Source of the DNA: an uncultured Gammaproteobacteria bacterium
GTDB lineage: Bacteria > Patescibacteriota > Microgenomatia > CAZETR01 > Amesbacteraceae
Direction of reading: 5' to 3'
Assembly: GCA_964356225.1 (NCBI GenBank)
Contig: CAYHGA010000003.1
Span: 266-64,265, forward strand
Length of the DNA: 64,000 nt
The notes beneath the pieces are model-generated. The model was not told the DNA's origin. It did no database searches and was given only the letters and a program-made list of their open reading frames with translations. A program made the position numbers and the translations under genes. Shown here piece after piece: positions 40,360 through 50,414 of this stretch. Every line of letters begins with the position of its first letter. The stretch's first letter is position 1.

Positions 40360-41428
40360 AGCCAACCGGCTGCGTCAGCGCGTCCGCTCATATTTTCAGC
40401 CCCCGGTAAAACTGGGGCCAAAAACCGCTCAACTCATATCTCGTATCGCTTCGGTCGAACACATCGAAGTCGGATCAGAAATCGAAGCCCTGCTCCTGGA
40501 ATCCAACCTCATCAAAAAATTCCGCCCTCATTGTAACATCGCCTCCAAGGACGGAACCTCTCCTTACTATATTCACCTCACGCACGATAAATTTCCTAAA
40601 CCGCTAGTCAATCACAAGTCCCCGCATGCAATAGCCGGGCCCTTTCTTTCCGGGTTGGTTGCCAGAAAAATTTTGCGCTCCCTTCGCCATATCGCCCCCT
40701 TTCATACCGAGAGTCCCTGTTTTTACCGCCATTTTGGACTTTGTCGTCCTTGCCCCGACAATCCTCTGACCACATCCACCGCTTACAAACAAAATATTAC
40801 CCGCTTAAAAAAACTTTTCCGCGGGCAATTCAAGCAGGTTATGCGTCAGGCAGTTAAAACTTTGGATTTCGAAACTGCCGCTGCTCTGCGCAATCTATTG
40901 CAACAACCTACGCCTCCGGAGGAATTCGTTACCAACCCTAACCTGCTATCAGACCGCCGTCAGGAAGCCCTGGAATCTTTGCGCTTGGCTACTGGCTATT
41001 GGCCATTAGCCCGAATAGAAATGTACGACGTGGCCCATCTAGCCGGCAGTGCAGCCACGGGGGCCATGACCGTGGCCATTAACGGTCAACTTACTCCACA
41101 AAATTATCGCCATTTCACCATCCGTTCCGGCAACGATGACGTGGCCCGACTTACAGAAATGCTCACCCGCCGTCTCAAAACCGACTGGCCAAAACCCGAC
41201 CTTATCGTTTTGGATGGGGGATTGCCCCAACTTTCCCTAGCGCACAAGGAGAGACCTTGTGCGGTCATCGCCCTGGCCAAACAAGAAGAGATAATTTATA
41301 CCTCAACTTCTAAAATTAAACTTCCACGTACACATCCCGGCCTCCAATTATTGCAGAGACTGCGCGACGAAGCCCACCGTTTTTCCCGTCGCTTGCATCA
41401 CAAGCACAGAAGTTTAATAATTAAGTAA
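40310..41428 (+). CDS. uvrC: short UvrC-like excinuclease (GIY-YIG + UVR + RNaseH-like; no HhH)
   Basis: GVYIFKDISGHTLYVGKANRLRQR (GIY-YIG), a UVR-like helix and a C-terminal endonuclease domain. The ORF-track start at 40271 overlaps the upstream gene, so the true start is probably near 40310. Confidence 0.65.
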   Translation, partial: GVYIFKDISGHTLYVGKANRLRQRVRSYFQPPVKLGPKTAQLISRIASVEHIEVGSEIEALLLESNLIKKFRPHCNIASKDGTSPYYIHLTHDKFPKPLVNHKSPHAIAGPFLSGLVARKILRSLRHIAPFHTESPCFYRHFGLCRPCPDNPLTTSTAYKQNITRLKKLFRGQFKQVMRQAVKTLDFETAAALRNLLQQPTPPEEFVTNPNLLSDRRQEALESLRLATGYWPLARIEMYDVAHLAGSAATGAMTVAINGQLTPQNYRHFTIRSGNDDVARLTEMLTRRLKTDWPKPDLIVLDGGLPQLSLAHKERPCAVIALAKQEEIIYTSTSKIKLPRTHPGLQLLQRLRDEAHRFSRRLHHKHRSLIIK

Positions 41429-41838
41429 TGCTTAGGCTTCTTCTCCGCTCCATCGCAATTAATTTAGCCAGCATATACTTGGCCGCTCAAATTCTCTCCG
41501 GGGTTATTACTTACATCGGCGGTTATCAGACTCTTCTTTTAGCCTCACTGGCCATCGCTTTAGTCAATCTCTTTGTCCGCCCCGTCATTAATTTACTTCT
41601 TTTACCGATTCATTTGGTCACTCTGGGCATTTTTCGCTGGGTCGCCAACTTAGTCACCCTATATTTAGTTACTCTTCTCGTACCTAATTTACAAATTCAC
41701 GCCTTCACTTTTCCCGGTCTGGACCTCAAATATGTTATCATTCCCTCCATGCATTTCACCGCTTTCGGCGCCTTTGTAGTGGCCACCATCACTCTTACCT
41801 TCACTTTCCACCTTATTTACTGGCTTCTTCAAGACTAA
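41428..41838 (+). CDS. hypothetical 4-TM membrane protein
   Basis: A hydrophobic 136-aa protein. Confidence 0.4.
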   Translation: MLRLLLRSIAINLASIYLAAQILSGVITYIGGYQTLLLASLAIALVNLFVRPVINLLLLPIHLVTLGIFRWVANLVTLYLVTLLVPNLQIHAFTFPGLDLKYVIIPSMHFTAFGAFVVATITLTFTFHLIYWLLQD

Positions 41839-42050
41839 TGAAAACCTGGCTGACTGTAGCTCAAATCGTCACCGGCATCGCCCTCATCTGCCTGGTGCTC
41901 TTACAAGCCAAAGGTACCGGTCTGGGCCGGGCCTTCGGTTCCATCTCCTATCATTCTAAAAGGGGAGTAGAAAACCTAATTTTTCGCGGAACCATTATCA
42001 TAGCCATCATATTTGTCCTTCTATCCGTACTCAATGTCCTCACCTTTTAA
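41838..42050 (+). CDS. secG: preprotein translocase subunit SecG
   Basis: 70 aa with two TM helices and LLQAKGTGLG. Confidence 0.65.
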   Translation: MKTWLTVAQIVTGIALICLVLLQAKGTGLGRAFGSISYHSKRGVENLIFRGTIIIAIIFVLLSVLNVLTF

Positions 42051-43359
42051 ACAGCTCCGCTTTGGCTTACGCTTGCTGGTAGCTTTTCTTAGCAAATACT
42101 ACCTGGCCACTCTTCTGGGTGCAGTTTTGGGTGCAGCCATTTTAATTCTTTCTCCCCGGCTTCTTCCCTATTTACCCAAAGCCCGACCTACCCTGACCAT
42201 CGCCGTCGTTGGCCGCTACACATCCACCGAAATTCCCTACAGCATCCAGCAAAAAATCAGTCTCGGTTTGACTACTATTTCACCCTCCGGCCAGCCAGCT
42301 CCCGGTCTGGCCACTTCCTGGACCATGGACGCCTCCGGCAAAAGCTACACCTTTAACCTCGCCCCCAACTTACACTGGCAGAATGGCACTCCCATCAAAA
42401 GCCGGGATATTAATTACCATTTCAAAGATACCGATTTTATTTATCCTTCGGACTCCCAAATTGTGGTCAATCTCAAGGAACCATTTTCACCTCTGCCTGT
42501 AGTTCTCTCCCGACCGGCTTTCAAAACCGGGTTGCTGGGAGCCGGATCATACAGGGCCTCACGTCTCAAAAAAACCGGCCAAAACATTGATTCCCTCACT
42601 CTTGTTCCCACAGATAGCTCCTCCCGCCTGCCCCGCCTCCACTATTTCTTTTATCCTTCAGAACAACAAGCCCGCCTGGCTTTTAAGCTGGGAACTGTCA
42701 ATTTTTTGGAAGATCTCCAGGATCCGGCTGATTTAGCCGAATGGCCCTCAATCCGGGTTTCCACTTTTGTACAAAAAGACCGTTACATAGGTATTTTTTT
42801 CAACACACAGACAGTTGAAAAAAGCTTACGCCAGGCTTTAGCATACGCTATCGACAAATCCCGTTGGCCCAATCGGGCGTTTGGCCCGCTGGCCCCCACC
42901 TCCTGGGCCTACAATTCCGACGTTAAACCCTACGACCTGGATTTAGGGCGGGCAAAACAGCTCTTGGCCAAAGTAGGCAAAAAGCCCGATAAAATTGTTC
43001 TCACCACTCTTTCCGTATATCTCCCGGACGCAGAAGCCGTCAAAAGCGACTGGCAAGCTTTGGGTATCCCTACCGAAATCCAGGTCGTCCCCGAAATTAC
43101 TACCGACTTCACAGCTCTCATCATTGGCCAAAAAATTCCCATAGATCCGGATCAATATTCTCTTTGGCACTCTACCCAGGAAACCAATATTTCTCATTTC
43201 AATCATCCCCGGGCCGATAAACTTCTTGAAGACGGCCGCAAAACCCTCGATCAGCAAACCCGCAAAAACATCTATCTCGAATTTCAAAAATTCATCAGCG
43301 AAGAACTGCCCGTCATCTTCCTCTACCACCCCACCACCTACTTCATCTCCCGAATATAA
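42013..43359 (+). CDS. extracellular solute-binding protein, family 5-like (truncated form)
   Basis: N-terminal anchor and an SBP_bac_5-like pattern. It is shorter than typical. Confidence 0.45.
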   Translation: MSFYPYSMSSPFKQLRFGLRLLVAFLSKYYLATLLGAVLGAAILILSPRLLPYLPKARPTLTIAVVGRYTSTEIPYSIQQKISLGLTTISPSGQPAPGLATSWTMDASGKSYTFNLAPNLHWQNGTPIKSRDINYHFKDTDFIYPSDSQIVVNLKEPFSPLPVVLSRPAFKTGLLGAGSYRASRLKKTGQNIDSLTLVPTDSSSRLPRLHYFFYPSEQQARLAFKLGTVNFLEDLQDPADLAEWPSIRVSTFVQKDRYIGIFFNTQTVEKSLRQALAYAIDKSRWPNRAFGPLAPTSWAYNSDVKPYDLDLGRAKQLLAKVGKKPDKIVLTTLSVYLPDAEAVKSDWQALGIPTEIQVVPEITTDFTALIIGQKIPIDPDQYSLWHSTQETNISHFNHPRADKLLEDGRKTLDQQTRKNIYLEFQKFISEELPVIFLYHPTTYFISRI

Positions 43360-44643
43360 CTCTGAACGGTATCTGCCAGTAAGGGATTTTGCCTGTTAAG
43401 GCATAATCCATGGTGCTCCTGACCATCTGGCTGGCTAGTGGTATCTGATTATTCGCCAACCAAATCACCGCTTCTTTCGACATCCGGTGATCCAAAACAA
43501 GATCAAAGACGCCGAGCATGACTTCAGAAAACGAGTTATCCCAAATATAGGTTCTCCTAATATAACTCTCGAATTTTCTTCGGGCCGTTGCGCCATTCCC
43601 ATATTCTTCTAATATTTCAACAAACTCAGCTCCGCTTTCCATGGCTGCACCTATACCGTTTTTTCTTGGCCTGGTGTCTCCGGCGTCCCCATACCTGACA
43701 TAGCCCATTCCTCCATGCTCGTTTTCTGTTGATATCTTGTTCGGGGATCGAACTGTGATTTGACTGACACAAGCACAGTTAGATCTCTGCCTGTTCAAGT
43801 CACCCAGAAGATCTATAACTGCTGGCAAAGCCAGAAACTCTCGAAAACCAGATTGATCTGCTCCGTCTCTGCCCATCATCACAATTGTGGCATACTCCCC
43901 CTTGGGAATGACTGCCGCATACCAAACCTTATCGGTTGGATTTCCAAACACATGCATGCTCTCTCCCAGTCTTTCTCGTACTTTTGTATCCTTTAAACGA
44001 TATTCTCTGACGCTGGCCGGTTGTGTTATCGGTTCATCAAACACCTCTTCTCCAGTATCAATTTGCAAATTTCCTCTGTTGTGACCATAAGATCCCACTA
44101 CCAAATCAGCTGAGATTATCTCACCGTTCGCATACACCACTGTTTTGTCTCGTCCTACTTGAATTTTAGTGACTGGAGATCCTACGACTTTGGCTCCCGC
44201 TTTTTTTGCCTCTTCCAACAACCACGCATCAAATCCCCATATTTGTCGGGTTGCTTCTACGGCTGGTCTCACTGGAGCAAATCCTCTGAAAACGGCAAGG
44301 GCACGAGTGGGAATTTCCACTTCCCCACCTCCGGGAAGATGTACAACGTTTCTATTTATTCTTGTTTGAATCACGACTTCCGGTATATGAAGACCAACGC
44401 TAGCTAATAACGATTCTGTGGTATCTTGCAAAATCCCGGCACAACCCACGCAGGGTTTGATTCTTTCTCCGAAAGTCGGCGTTCTCGTAGGACTTGGTTC
44501 AAAATAGTCACACTTTTTGCCAGACGTGCCAAAAGATACCCCGTCAAAGCTCCTGCCGGTCCGCCTCCTACAATCACCACGTCTTGTGACGATAAAGGAA
44601 ATTCCGGATTTTTTTCTTTAGATGGTCTGGCCTCAATCGACAT
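43343..44643 (-). pseudogene. geranylgeranyl reductase-like FAD-dependent oxidoreductase, split by a frameshift near 44404-44449
   Basis: ORF 44404-44643 encodes the N-terminal Rossmann motif VVIVGGGPAG. ORF 43343-44449 encodes the remainder in another frame. Confidence 0.55.
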
Positions 44644-45107
44644 AGTCAGAGAATTATAGGATATTGTGGCTGTTTTTGCTACTTCATCATCCGAATGTAG
44701 ATTTTGGCTTAATTTGCGCTTGGTAAACCTACGTGAGATTCAATTACATCCACCCGTTTCTCCAACTTCCACCAATCTCGATCCAAAACTCCCACCACAA
44801 ACTCCAAATCCTTCCTGTCTTCTTATAAAATCCCAGTGACAATTCCTGGTACTTGGGTTTGAATAGCTTCATTAACAATTGGTGATACCTGAACTTGGAT
44901 GGCCTTGCTTACTACTACACCAATTTGATTCAAATCACTCTTTCTGTAGTTTTTCCCGCAACAAAAGTCAATCTCGTTTACTGTATCGAAAAGGCCATGC
45001 TTTTCAAAGCAATTTCCTTTTTTAATCCCACCTGAAAGGTGGGATTATTCGCACAACCACACTTACTGGCTGAGCTGGCCGGTCTAGGACCTAGACCGAT
45101 CCCATAA

Positions 45108-45560
45108 CTAACTTTTACTTTCAATAATCGCTATTAGTTCCTTGCCGAATTTTAGAACATGATTTGCCAAAATTATCAGTTTTAAAACTTTTGGTGGCAA
45201 TCCTTCTATCAATATACCTTCATTGGCAAATTGATATCCAAAATCTATTGTAGGATCAACGTGCGATCCACCGTCTTGTTGAGATGCAATTTTAACAAAT
45301 TCCTCATTCGTCATACGAATTTTTTCAGTGTTAGAGGCAAAAAATAATTCCTTTAAGAGAGGTCTATTTGTAGAAGTTTCAATTACGAGAATCCTTAAAA
45401 TTCCGGATAAAGCTTTCGAATATTTCAGATCACCCGAGTTTATTTTCTGAATACTATCATCCAATAAGCTAAGCTGATCCTTTAACTCATTGATTAACTG
45501 GGCATGTGTTTTTGCGACCTTTTTCACAATAGTGTCCAATCTTGCTGCGGGACTTGGATT
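45108..45560 (-). CDS. hypothetical protein
   Basis: The ORF-track version (to 45647) reads through tRNA-Lys(CUU), so the real start is probably a GTG/TTG near 45545-45560. Confidence 0.35.
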   Translation of the reverse strand, partial: NPSPAARLDTIVKKVAKTHAQLINELKDQLSLLDDSIQKINSGDLKYSKALSGILRILVIETSTNRPLLKELFFASNTEKIRMTNEEFVKIASQQDGGSHVDPTIDFGYQFANEGILIEGLPPKVLKLIILANHVLKFGKELIAIIESKS

Positions 45561-45620
45561 CGGACCAAGATAAACAGATTCAAAGTCTGTTGGCCTACCA
45601 TTAGCCGATCCCGCAGTATG

Positions 45621-45692
45621 TGGGCTCGGTGGGAATCGAACCCACAACCGTCTCCTTAAGAGGGAGCTGCTCTACCGTTGAGCTACGAACCC
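45621..45692 (-). tRNA. tRNA-Lys (anticodon CUU)
   Basis: GGGTTCGTAGCTCAACGGTAGAGCAGCTCCCTCTTAAGGAGACGGTTGTGGGTTCGATTCCCACCGAGCCCA. Confidence 0.8.
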
Positions 45693-45709
45693 TGAGCTTA
45701 TCGAATAGG

Positions 45710-45781
45710 TGCCCTCGGAAGGAATCGAACCTTCATCTTATCCTTAGAAGGGATTTGCTCTGTCCATTGAGCTACGAGGGC
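45710..45781 (-). tRNA. tRNA-Arg (anticodon UCU)
   Basis: GCCCTCGTAGCTCAATGGACAGAGCAAATCCCTTCTAAGGATAAGATGAAGGTTCGATTCCTTCCGAGGGCA. Confidence 0.8.
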
Positions 45782-45806
45782 GATCCTCTACGCAATTTTA
45801 CTACAC

Positions 45807-47300
45807 TCACCCCACCACTTCCTCTTTTTTAGTTCCCAAAAACTGCACCCAGCTATCAATAAAGCCCAGAATTACCTTAAATGGGGCCTCAAGTATAAAG
45901 TCGAAAGTAAAAGCCAGGAAATTTAATTTGGACAGCCCCTGGTTTAATATACTTCCGGCCGTCAGAATCGGCAGCCACACCATATCCCATAGAGACGACC
46001 GCTGTTTGCCCTCCTGCTTCACTCTGTAAATTCCGGCCGTTTGCCGGATTCTATGGGCCAGAAAAGCAATTACCGACAGGAAAAACACAAATACCACCTG
46101 AGCCGCAAAATTAAACCGGATTTTAGAAAGTCCGTAAAAAATCAGGCCGAATGTAGCTACAAACACCACCGCATACAATCCGGAAAATATGGTGTACCAC
46201 ACGCTTCTTCTCTGCGCCGGCTTCTCAAGCAATCCATCTTCCTCCTTGGCCAAGGCTTCAAAGTTATTCACTACTAGCCAAGCTCTATTTACAATTTCTT
46301 CTTTTTCTCTGCCCTTTGGCAAGCTTATTTGTCTCGTCACCGCCCACATCAAAGCCGGAGGAAATAGCATATTAGCCACCAGCGGCCACTTGGCCACGCT
46401 ACCAAACAACCATACCTCGGCCGGCATCTCTATCGCCACTGCCACCACCATTTTAGTCAAAAACACATAGATTACGCTTCTGACCGCCGCCGTAGAGATC
46501 CTTTCTCCCATTAATCGCAACTGTTTATCCAAAACTTTGCTCGCTGTCTGGCTAAAATTATTCTTGTCTTCAATCATCTGTCTAAACCCGCCTGGATCGG
46601 CAAAATACATGTCCCGGAGTAGAAGTAGTGCCCCCATCTGACTGCTCACAAATTTTTGCAACCTGTTTAACAGGGGGCTATTCTTAGCCAGACTAACCAA
46701 TCTCCAAGTTTCGTTAATATTCCCTCCAGCTAGTTGCAATATATGATATGCCTGCTGCTCGTCATCTGACTGGGAATAAATTCTGTCCACTGCCATAAAT
46801 ACTAATAGGTCCAAGTTTGGATCGGTCACTTTTACTTTCTGTTTAATCACCTGGAAAGTAAAGTAAGTAAATTTTCCGAAATCCCGGTTTAAATTAAACA
46901 TCTCCTCTATTTCTGCCGAAGCTACCCCCATCAGCCATTCTCGAGGTACTCCGGACTCGAATACTTTGATATAACGCTCCAAAGTTTGCGCCAGTTTCGC
47001 TTCACTCACCTGTTCCAATTCCGCAATCGACACATATCTGGCCCATTTCAATTCGATAAGTAGCAGCTTGGCCAATCCACTCGGGTCTTTTTCATACACC
47101 ATCAGCCTTTTTAGAATTCTTTCAATCGCCGCCCGCCGCACCAAATGATCCGCTCTGTATTCCAGGGCATTTCTGGCTTTCTCATACACCCGGGCCAGCA
47201 CGCTCACTACGCTTTGATCATCATCCCTGGCTCCGCCATCAACCCTCACTCCATAACTTAATTGATCCAAAAAAATCTTTACCGCCGGATGCATACTCAC
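45807..47300 (-). CDS. hypothetical protein with C-terminal multi-TM region
   Basis: A 497-aa soluble N-domain with about 4 C-terminal TM helices. No recognisable family. Confidence 0.45.
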   Translation of the reverse strand: MSMHPAVKIFLDQLSYGVRVDGGARDDDQSVVSVLARVYEKARNALEYRADHLVRRAAIERILKRLMVYEKDPSGLAKLLLIELKWARYVSIAELEQVSEAKLAQTLERYIKVFESGVPREWLMGVASAEIEEMFNLNRDFGKFTYFTFQVIKQKVKVTDPNLDLLVFMAVDRIYSQSDDEQQAYHILQLAGGNINETWRLVSLAKNSPLLNRLQKFVSSQMGALLLLRDMYFADPGGFRQMIEDKNNFSQTASKVLDKQLRLMGERISTAAVRSVIYVFLTKMVVAVAIEMPAEVWLFGSVAKWPLVANMLFPPALMWAVTRQISLPKGREKEEIVNRAWLVVNNFEALAKEEDGLLEKPAQRRSVWYTIFSGLYAVVFVATFGLIFYGLSKIRFNFAAQVVFVFFLSVIAFLAHRIRQTAGIYRVKQEGKQRSSLWDMVWLPILTAGSILNQGLSKLNFLAFTFDFILEAPFKVILGFIDSWVQFLGTKKEEVVG

Positions 47301-47511
47301 GGATTATAGCCGTCAAACTTCAAATTGACAAAAGCAGTCTCACTGTAGTACAATGTATTTATAATTTGAAAAGCGTTTGAGAAAGAGTCGCGTCTTTCAA
47401 GCTGATTGCACAAATGCAATATGGGTAGGCCCATGATAGCCGTAAATGAGGAGAACTCAAAGATCATCGTCAAGGTTGAAACGGGGTCTTTTTTAGTGCT
47501 CTCGAGTTCTC

Positions 47512-47568
47512 AAAATAGGGTGGTACAGTGATTTGCCTCAAATCGCCCCTGACTAACGGGGCGATTTT
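47512..47568 (+). promoter_or_regulatory. T-box-like conserved sequence (AATAGGGTGGTACAGTG) followed by a 10-bp terminator/sequestering hairpin ending 1 nt before the ATG
   Basis: AAATCGCCCC-TGACTAAC-GGGGCGATTT at 47540-47567, then T and ATG at 47569. A possible alternative pairing is GATTTG/CAAATC. Confidence 0.35.
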
Positions 47569-48921
47569 ATGCAAAATGAACTCATTCCACTACAATCTAT
47601 GGGGGTATCAGAAGCTCAAATTGGTCTATTGGCTAGTCATCTAGCCAAAGCGGCAGAATTCATGTGGCCAACCGATCTCGGCATCCCAGAAGCCCTGAAA
47701 TGGATGCATGAATCTTTTGTCAAACACCTTTCTCCCCACGATGCCGATCTTTTGTCGAATGTCATAATCAAAAATTTACCAAGCACAGAAGTGGCATATA
47801 ACGAAGTGGGATATGACTCCTGCCAATCCCACAGAAAACTCTCAAAAGTTGCCGGGGAAGCTATTTTGGTCGGCGGAATGATTTACGAGAGTCAACTTCT
47901 AGGTTTACCCATAAACTTAGAAGAAGCAAAAGCCCTAATCAATTCGCAACTGGATCTGAATCAGGATGATGCAGAAAATTTAACACTAATCGCCAAAAAA
48001 CATGGTGGGGCTCAAGATTTTCTATTTCCCGGAGTCACCCCCTCTAATACAGATACCCCTAGTTTGGCCAGTTATGCAGTGGCCACATTAAGCGGTCAAC
48101 CCCTGACAAGCGTAAGAACTATAACTGGAGTAGGAGGTCTGCGATACGATCAAGATTGGAATTTCGTCACCGACTTTAAAGCCTTTGTAAAATTAAAAGT
48201 CACCGAAGATAAACGGTACTATCCCGGAATAGGTATTTTTTACTTATTTTTGAATAATGACTTATCAGCGTTCCCAACGTTGACCTCAATTGCGTCAGTC
48301 GCACAGTTTAAACAAAAGTTGTCAAAAGTAGAAAACATGCAATTCCAGGGGGTATCTGTATTGTGCAATACGTTTCTACCCAGCTGGTATGAAATGAAAA
48401 AATATCAAGATTTTACTTCCCCAAAGTCTTTGCCCTTAGCAGAAGCATTTCACTCTCCGGCTTACGAATTCGCCATATTGCTTGAAACCATTAAAAAAAT
48501 TGCTACCGGTCAAGTGGAAAAAGCCCTGTTAGAACAATTAGAAATTCTTACAGAAAAATTAGACTATCTGTGGAGCTTCAATTCCACAATTCATCTACCT
48601 TGGACAGCAAACATGGCAGGCCTATCCAATGATTTAATCGGAAAGATAACCAATTTGGTAGGGGATTATGGAATTAGATATGGAATGGGGTATGCTGGAA
48701 AATCTCTGGAAATACGGCAGTTAACGTTTGGTGACAATAGAAAATTCCCTATAGGGTTAGCCGGACAAACCGTTCATATTGTCCGGATATACGAAGAAAA
48801 TGATTGTTTCCAGGGGAACTACCAAGAAAGCTCGCTTAAACCAGGAGACGACTTATGGAAACAAATCCAAAAACTGGGTTTTATGAAAGCGGGGTTAATT
48901 TTATTGGGAAAACATGAATAA
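47569..48921 (+). CDS. hypothetical protein (450 aa)
   Basis: No recognisable motifs. It lies downstream of the structured leader. Confidence 0.45.
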   Translation: MQNELIPLQSMGVSEAQIGLLASHLAKAAEFMWPTDLGIPEALKWMHESFVKHLSPHDADLLSNVIIKNLPSTEVAYNEVGYDSCQSHRKLSKVAGEAILVGGMIYESQLLGLPINLEEAKALINSQLDLNQDDAENLTLIAKKHGGAQDFLFPGVTPSNTDTPSLASYAVATLSGQPLTSVRTITGVGGLRYDQDWNFVTDFKAFVKLKVTEDKRYYPGIGIFYLFLNNDLSAFPTLTSIASVAQFKQKLSKVENMQFQGVSVLCNTFLPSWYEMKKYQDFTSPKSLPLAEAFHSPAYEFAILLETIKKIATGQVEKALLEQLEILTEKLDYLWSFNSTIHLPWTANMAGLSNDLIGKITNLVGDYGIRYGMGYAGKSLEIRQLTFGDNRKFPIGLAGQTVHIVRIYEENDCFQGNYQESSLKPGDDLWKQIQKLGFMKAGLILLGKHE

Positions 48922-49414
48922 AACGCCAAATAAGTTATTTCTATTTGACTGCGATCAAACCTTGTGGTTGACCAACAAGTCCGAATATGTAAGTAGGGTC
49001 GCTTCCGATTTTTATCTCAAACAAGGTATTTTGATCCGAAAAGCCGATGGTGTGGCATTTAATCCCAAAAAGGGGATCGAAAAAATATTTAAATCTATAA
49101 ATGCCAATGGCGGAAGCGTGGGCGTTGTTAGTGACAATCTGCCAGAAGTGGTTGTATCAATATTAAAACTGTTGGGTTGGTGGAAATACATCGACAATGA
49201 AGCATTTAACGTCAGACTTTGGGTTGGTCCATGCCCAAAGGAGATCTTGGTGCAGGAAATTATATCTAAATCCAAGTTCAGAAATTTAAACAAGAAAGAC
49301 GTTTATTGGTTCGATGACAGAGATTATTCAAAAGTCGCCAAAAAAATTGGTGTAAATTTCATCAGATCTACGTTCCTCACCTTAGCCTATTTTAAGCTCC
49401 AGGAATTGTCTTAA
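48914..49414 (+). CDS. HAD-superfamily phosphatase, MDP-1-like
   Basis: N-terminal DxDxT motif (LFLFDCDQTLW), 166 aa. Confidence 0.55.
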   Translation: MNKTPNKLFLFDCDQTLWLTNKSEYVSRVASDFYLKQGILIRKADGVAFNPKKGIEKIFKSINANGGSVGVVSDNLPEVVVSILKLLGWWKYIDNEAFNVRLWVGPCPKEILVQEIISKSKFRNLNKKDVYWFDDRDYSKVAKKIGVNFIRSTFLTLAYFKLQELS

Positions 49415-50414
49415 TTACTGTCTGAATAATTCCCGCCAGTTTAGGTCGTTTTGTCTGTAAAAGTGGCATGTCAACTTGGGAGCCGTGCACAGAGTTTTTT
49501 AAAACTTCATTAGCCCAAGCATCATAAAAATCGTTTGGCAAAAGTCTAATAGCATGATCGAGCACTGCCAAAGCCGCCTGTGCTGTAACCTCGGCAACGT
49601 CCATTACACCACCTTCTCCTGCGTGTGATACTCTTACGGCTCCTGGATAATTAGAGTGGTCTGTACACATTCCTAGTGAAGCGACTGCTATACCCATCTC
49701 TCTTAGTAACGGCACTTCTGGAATCATTGTTTGCCCAATAAGTTTGATGCGTGGCACCGTACATCTTAACCACTCTTCTTGAACGACTGTATTAAACCAA
49801 GGCGGTTCAGAATTAAAATATGTACCATCATTATGATATCCAACGCTCAACCCAGCGTGTTGGAAATATAAATCAACCACAGCTAGTCTTGCTAAACCCC
49901 ACGCTTGGTCAAGAGTTTCCCTCATTCCCAAACTAAATGGCGCCGCCAATGGAGTATGTAGAATTAGCGCACCATCCTCAGCGAAAGTACATTCACGCAT
50001 TCCCGTGCTAGCAAAGGCCAGATCTCCCAAATTAACCAAGTGCCCTGGTAACACTTCCTCAGCCATTCTTCCGGCAGCACTAACCGTATAAACGGCATTA
50101 ACTCCAAGAAGCTTCAAAGCCTGAACATTAGCCCTGTAATTAACATGGCTGGGTATTTGCAGCTTTTGATGTCTGGCCACAAAAATAACATCCTTGCCGC
50201 CGAGATCAAGATGGGCAAACGTTACCGCACCATAGTCGGTTTCTAATACCTCAAAATTTTCAGCTCTGTCACTAAAACCTGTCCCAGCAATAACTGCTTT
50301 CCTTTCCACTCCTGTCAACATGATGGCAGATATTACTATACGGTCAGACCTTTGTAAATCTTTTCTTTTTAAGCAAGATCGAAACACATGATAAAATTTA
50401 ACCGTGGCTGACAC
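49392..50414 (-). CDS. S-methyl-5'-thioadenosine / purine nucleoside phosphorylase (PNP/MTAP family)
   Basis: VIFVARHQKLQIPSHVNYRANVQALKLLG and TMIPEVPLLREMGIAVASLGMCTDH align with MTAP family motifs. Confidence 0.75.
   Translation of the reverse strand: MSATVKFYHVFRSCLKRKDLQRSDRIVISAIMLTGVERKAVIAGTGFSDRAENFEVLETDYGAVTFAHLDLGGKDVIFVARHQKLQIPSHVNYRANVQALKLLGVNAVYTVSAAGRMAEEVLPGHLVNLGDLAFASTGMRECTFAEDGALILHTPLAAPFSLGMRETLDQAWGLARLAVVDLYFQHAGLSVGYHNDGTYFNSEPPWFNTVVQEEWLRCTVPRIKLIGQTMIPEVPLLREMGIAVASLGMCTDHSNYPGAVRVSHAGEGGVMDVAEVTAQAALAVLDHAIRLLPNDFYDAWANEVLKNSVHGSQVDMPLLQTKRPKLAGIIQTVIKTIPGA

Noticed and set aside
45561-45647. N-terminal MWVRFPPSPH... of ORF 45108-45647
   Set aside because: This is the tRNA-Lys(CUU) sequence translated. 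The true start must be downstream.
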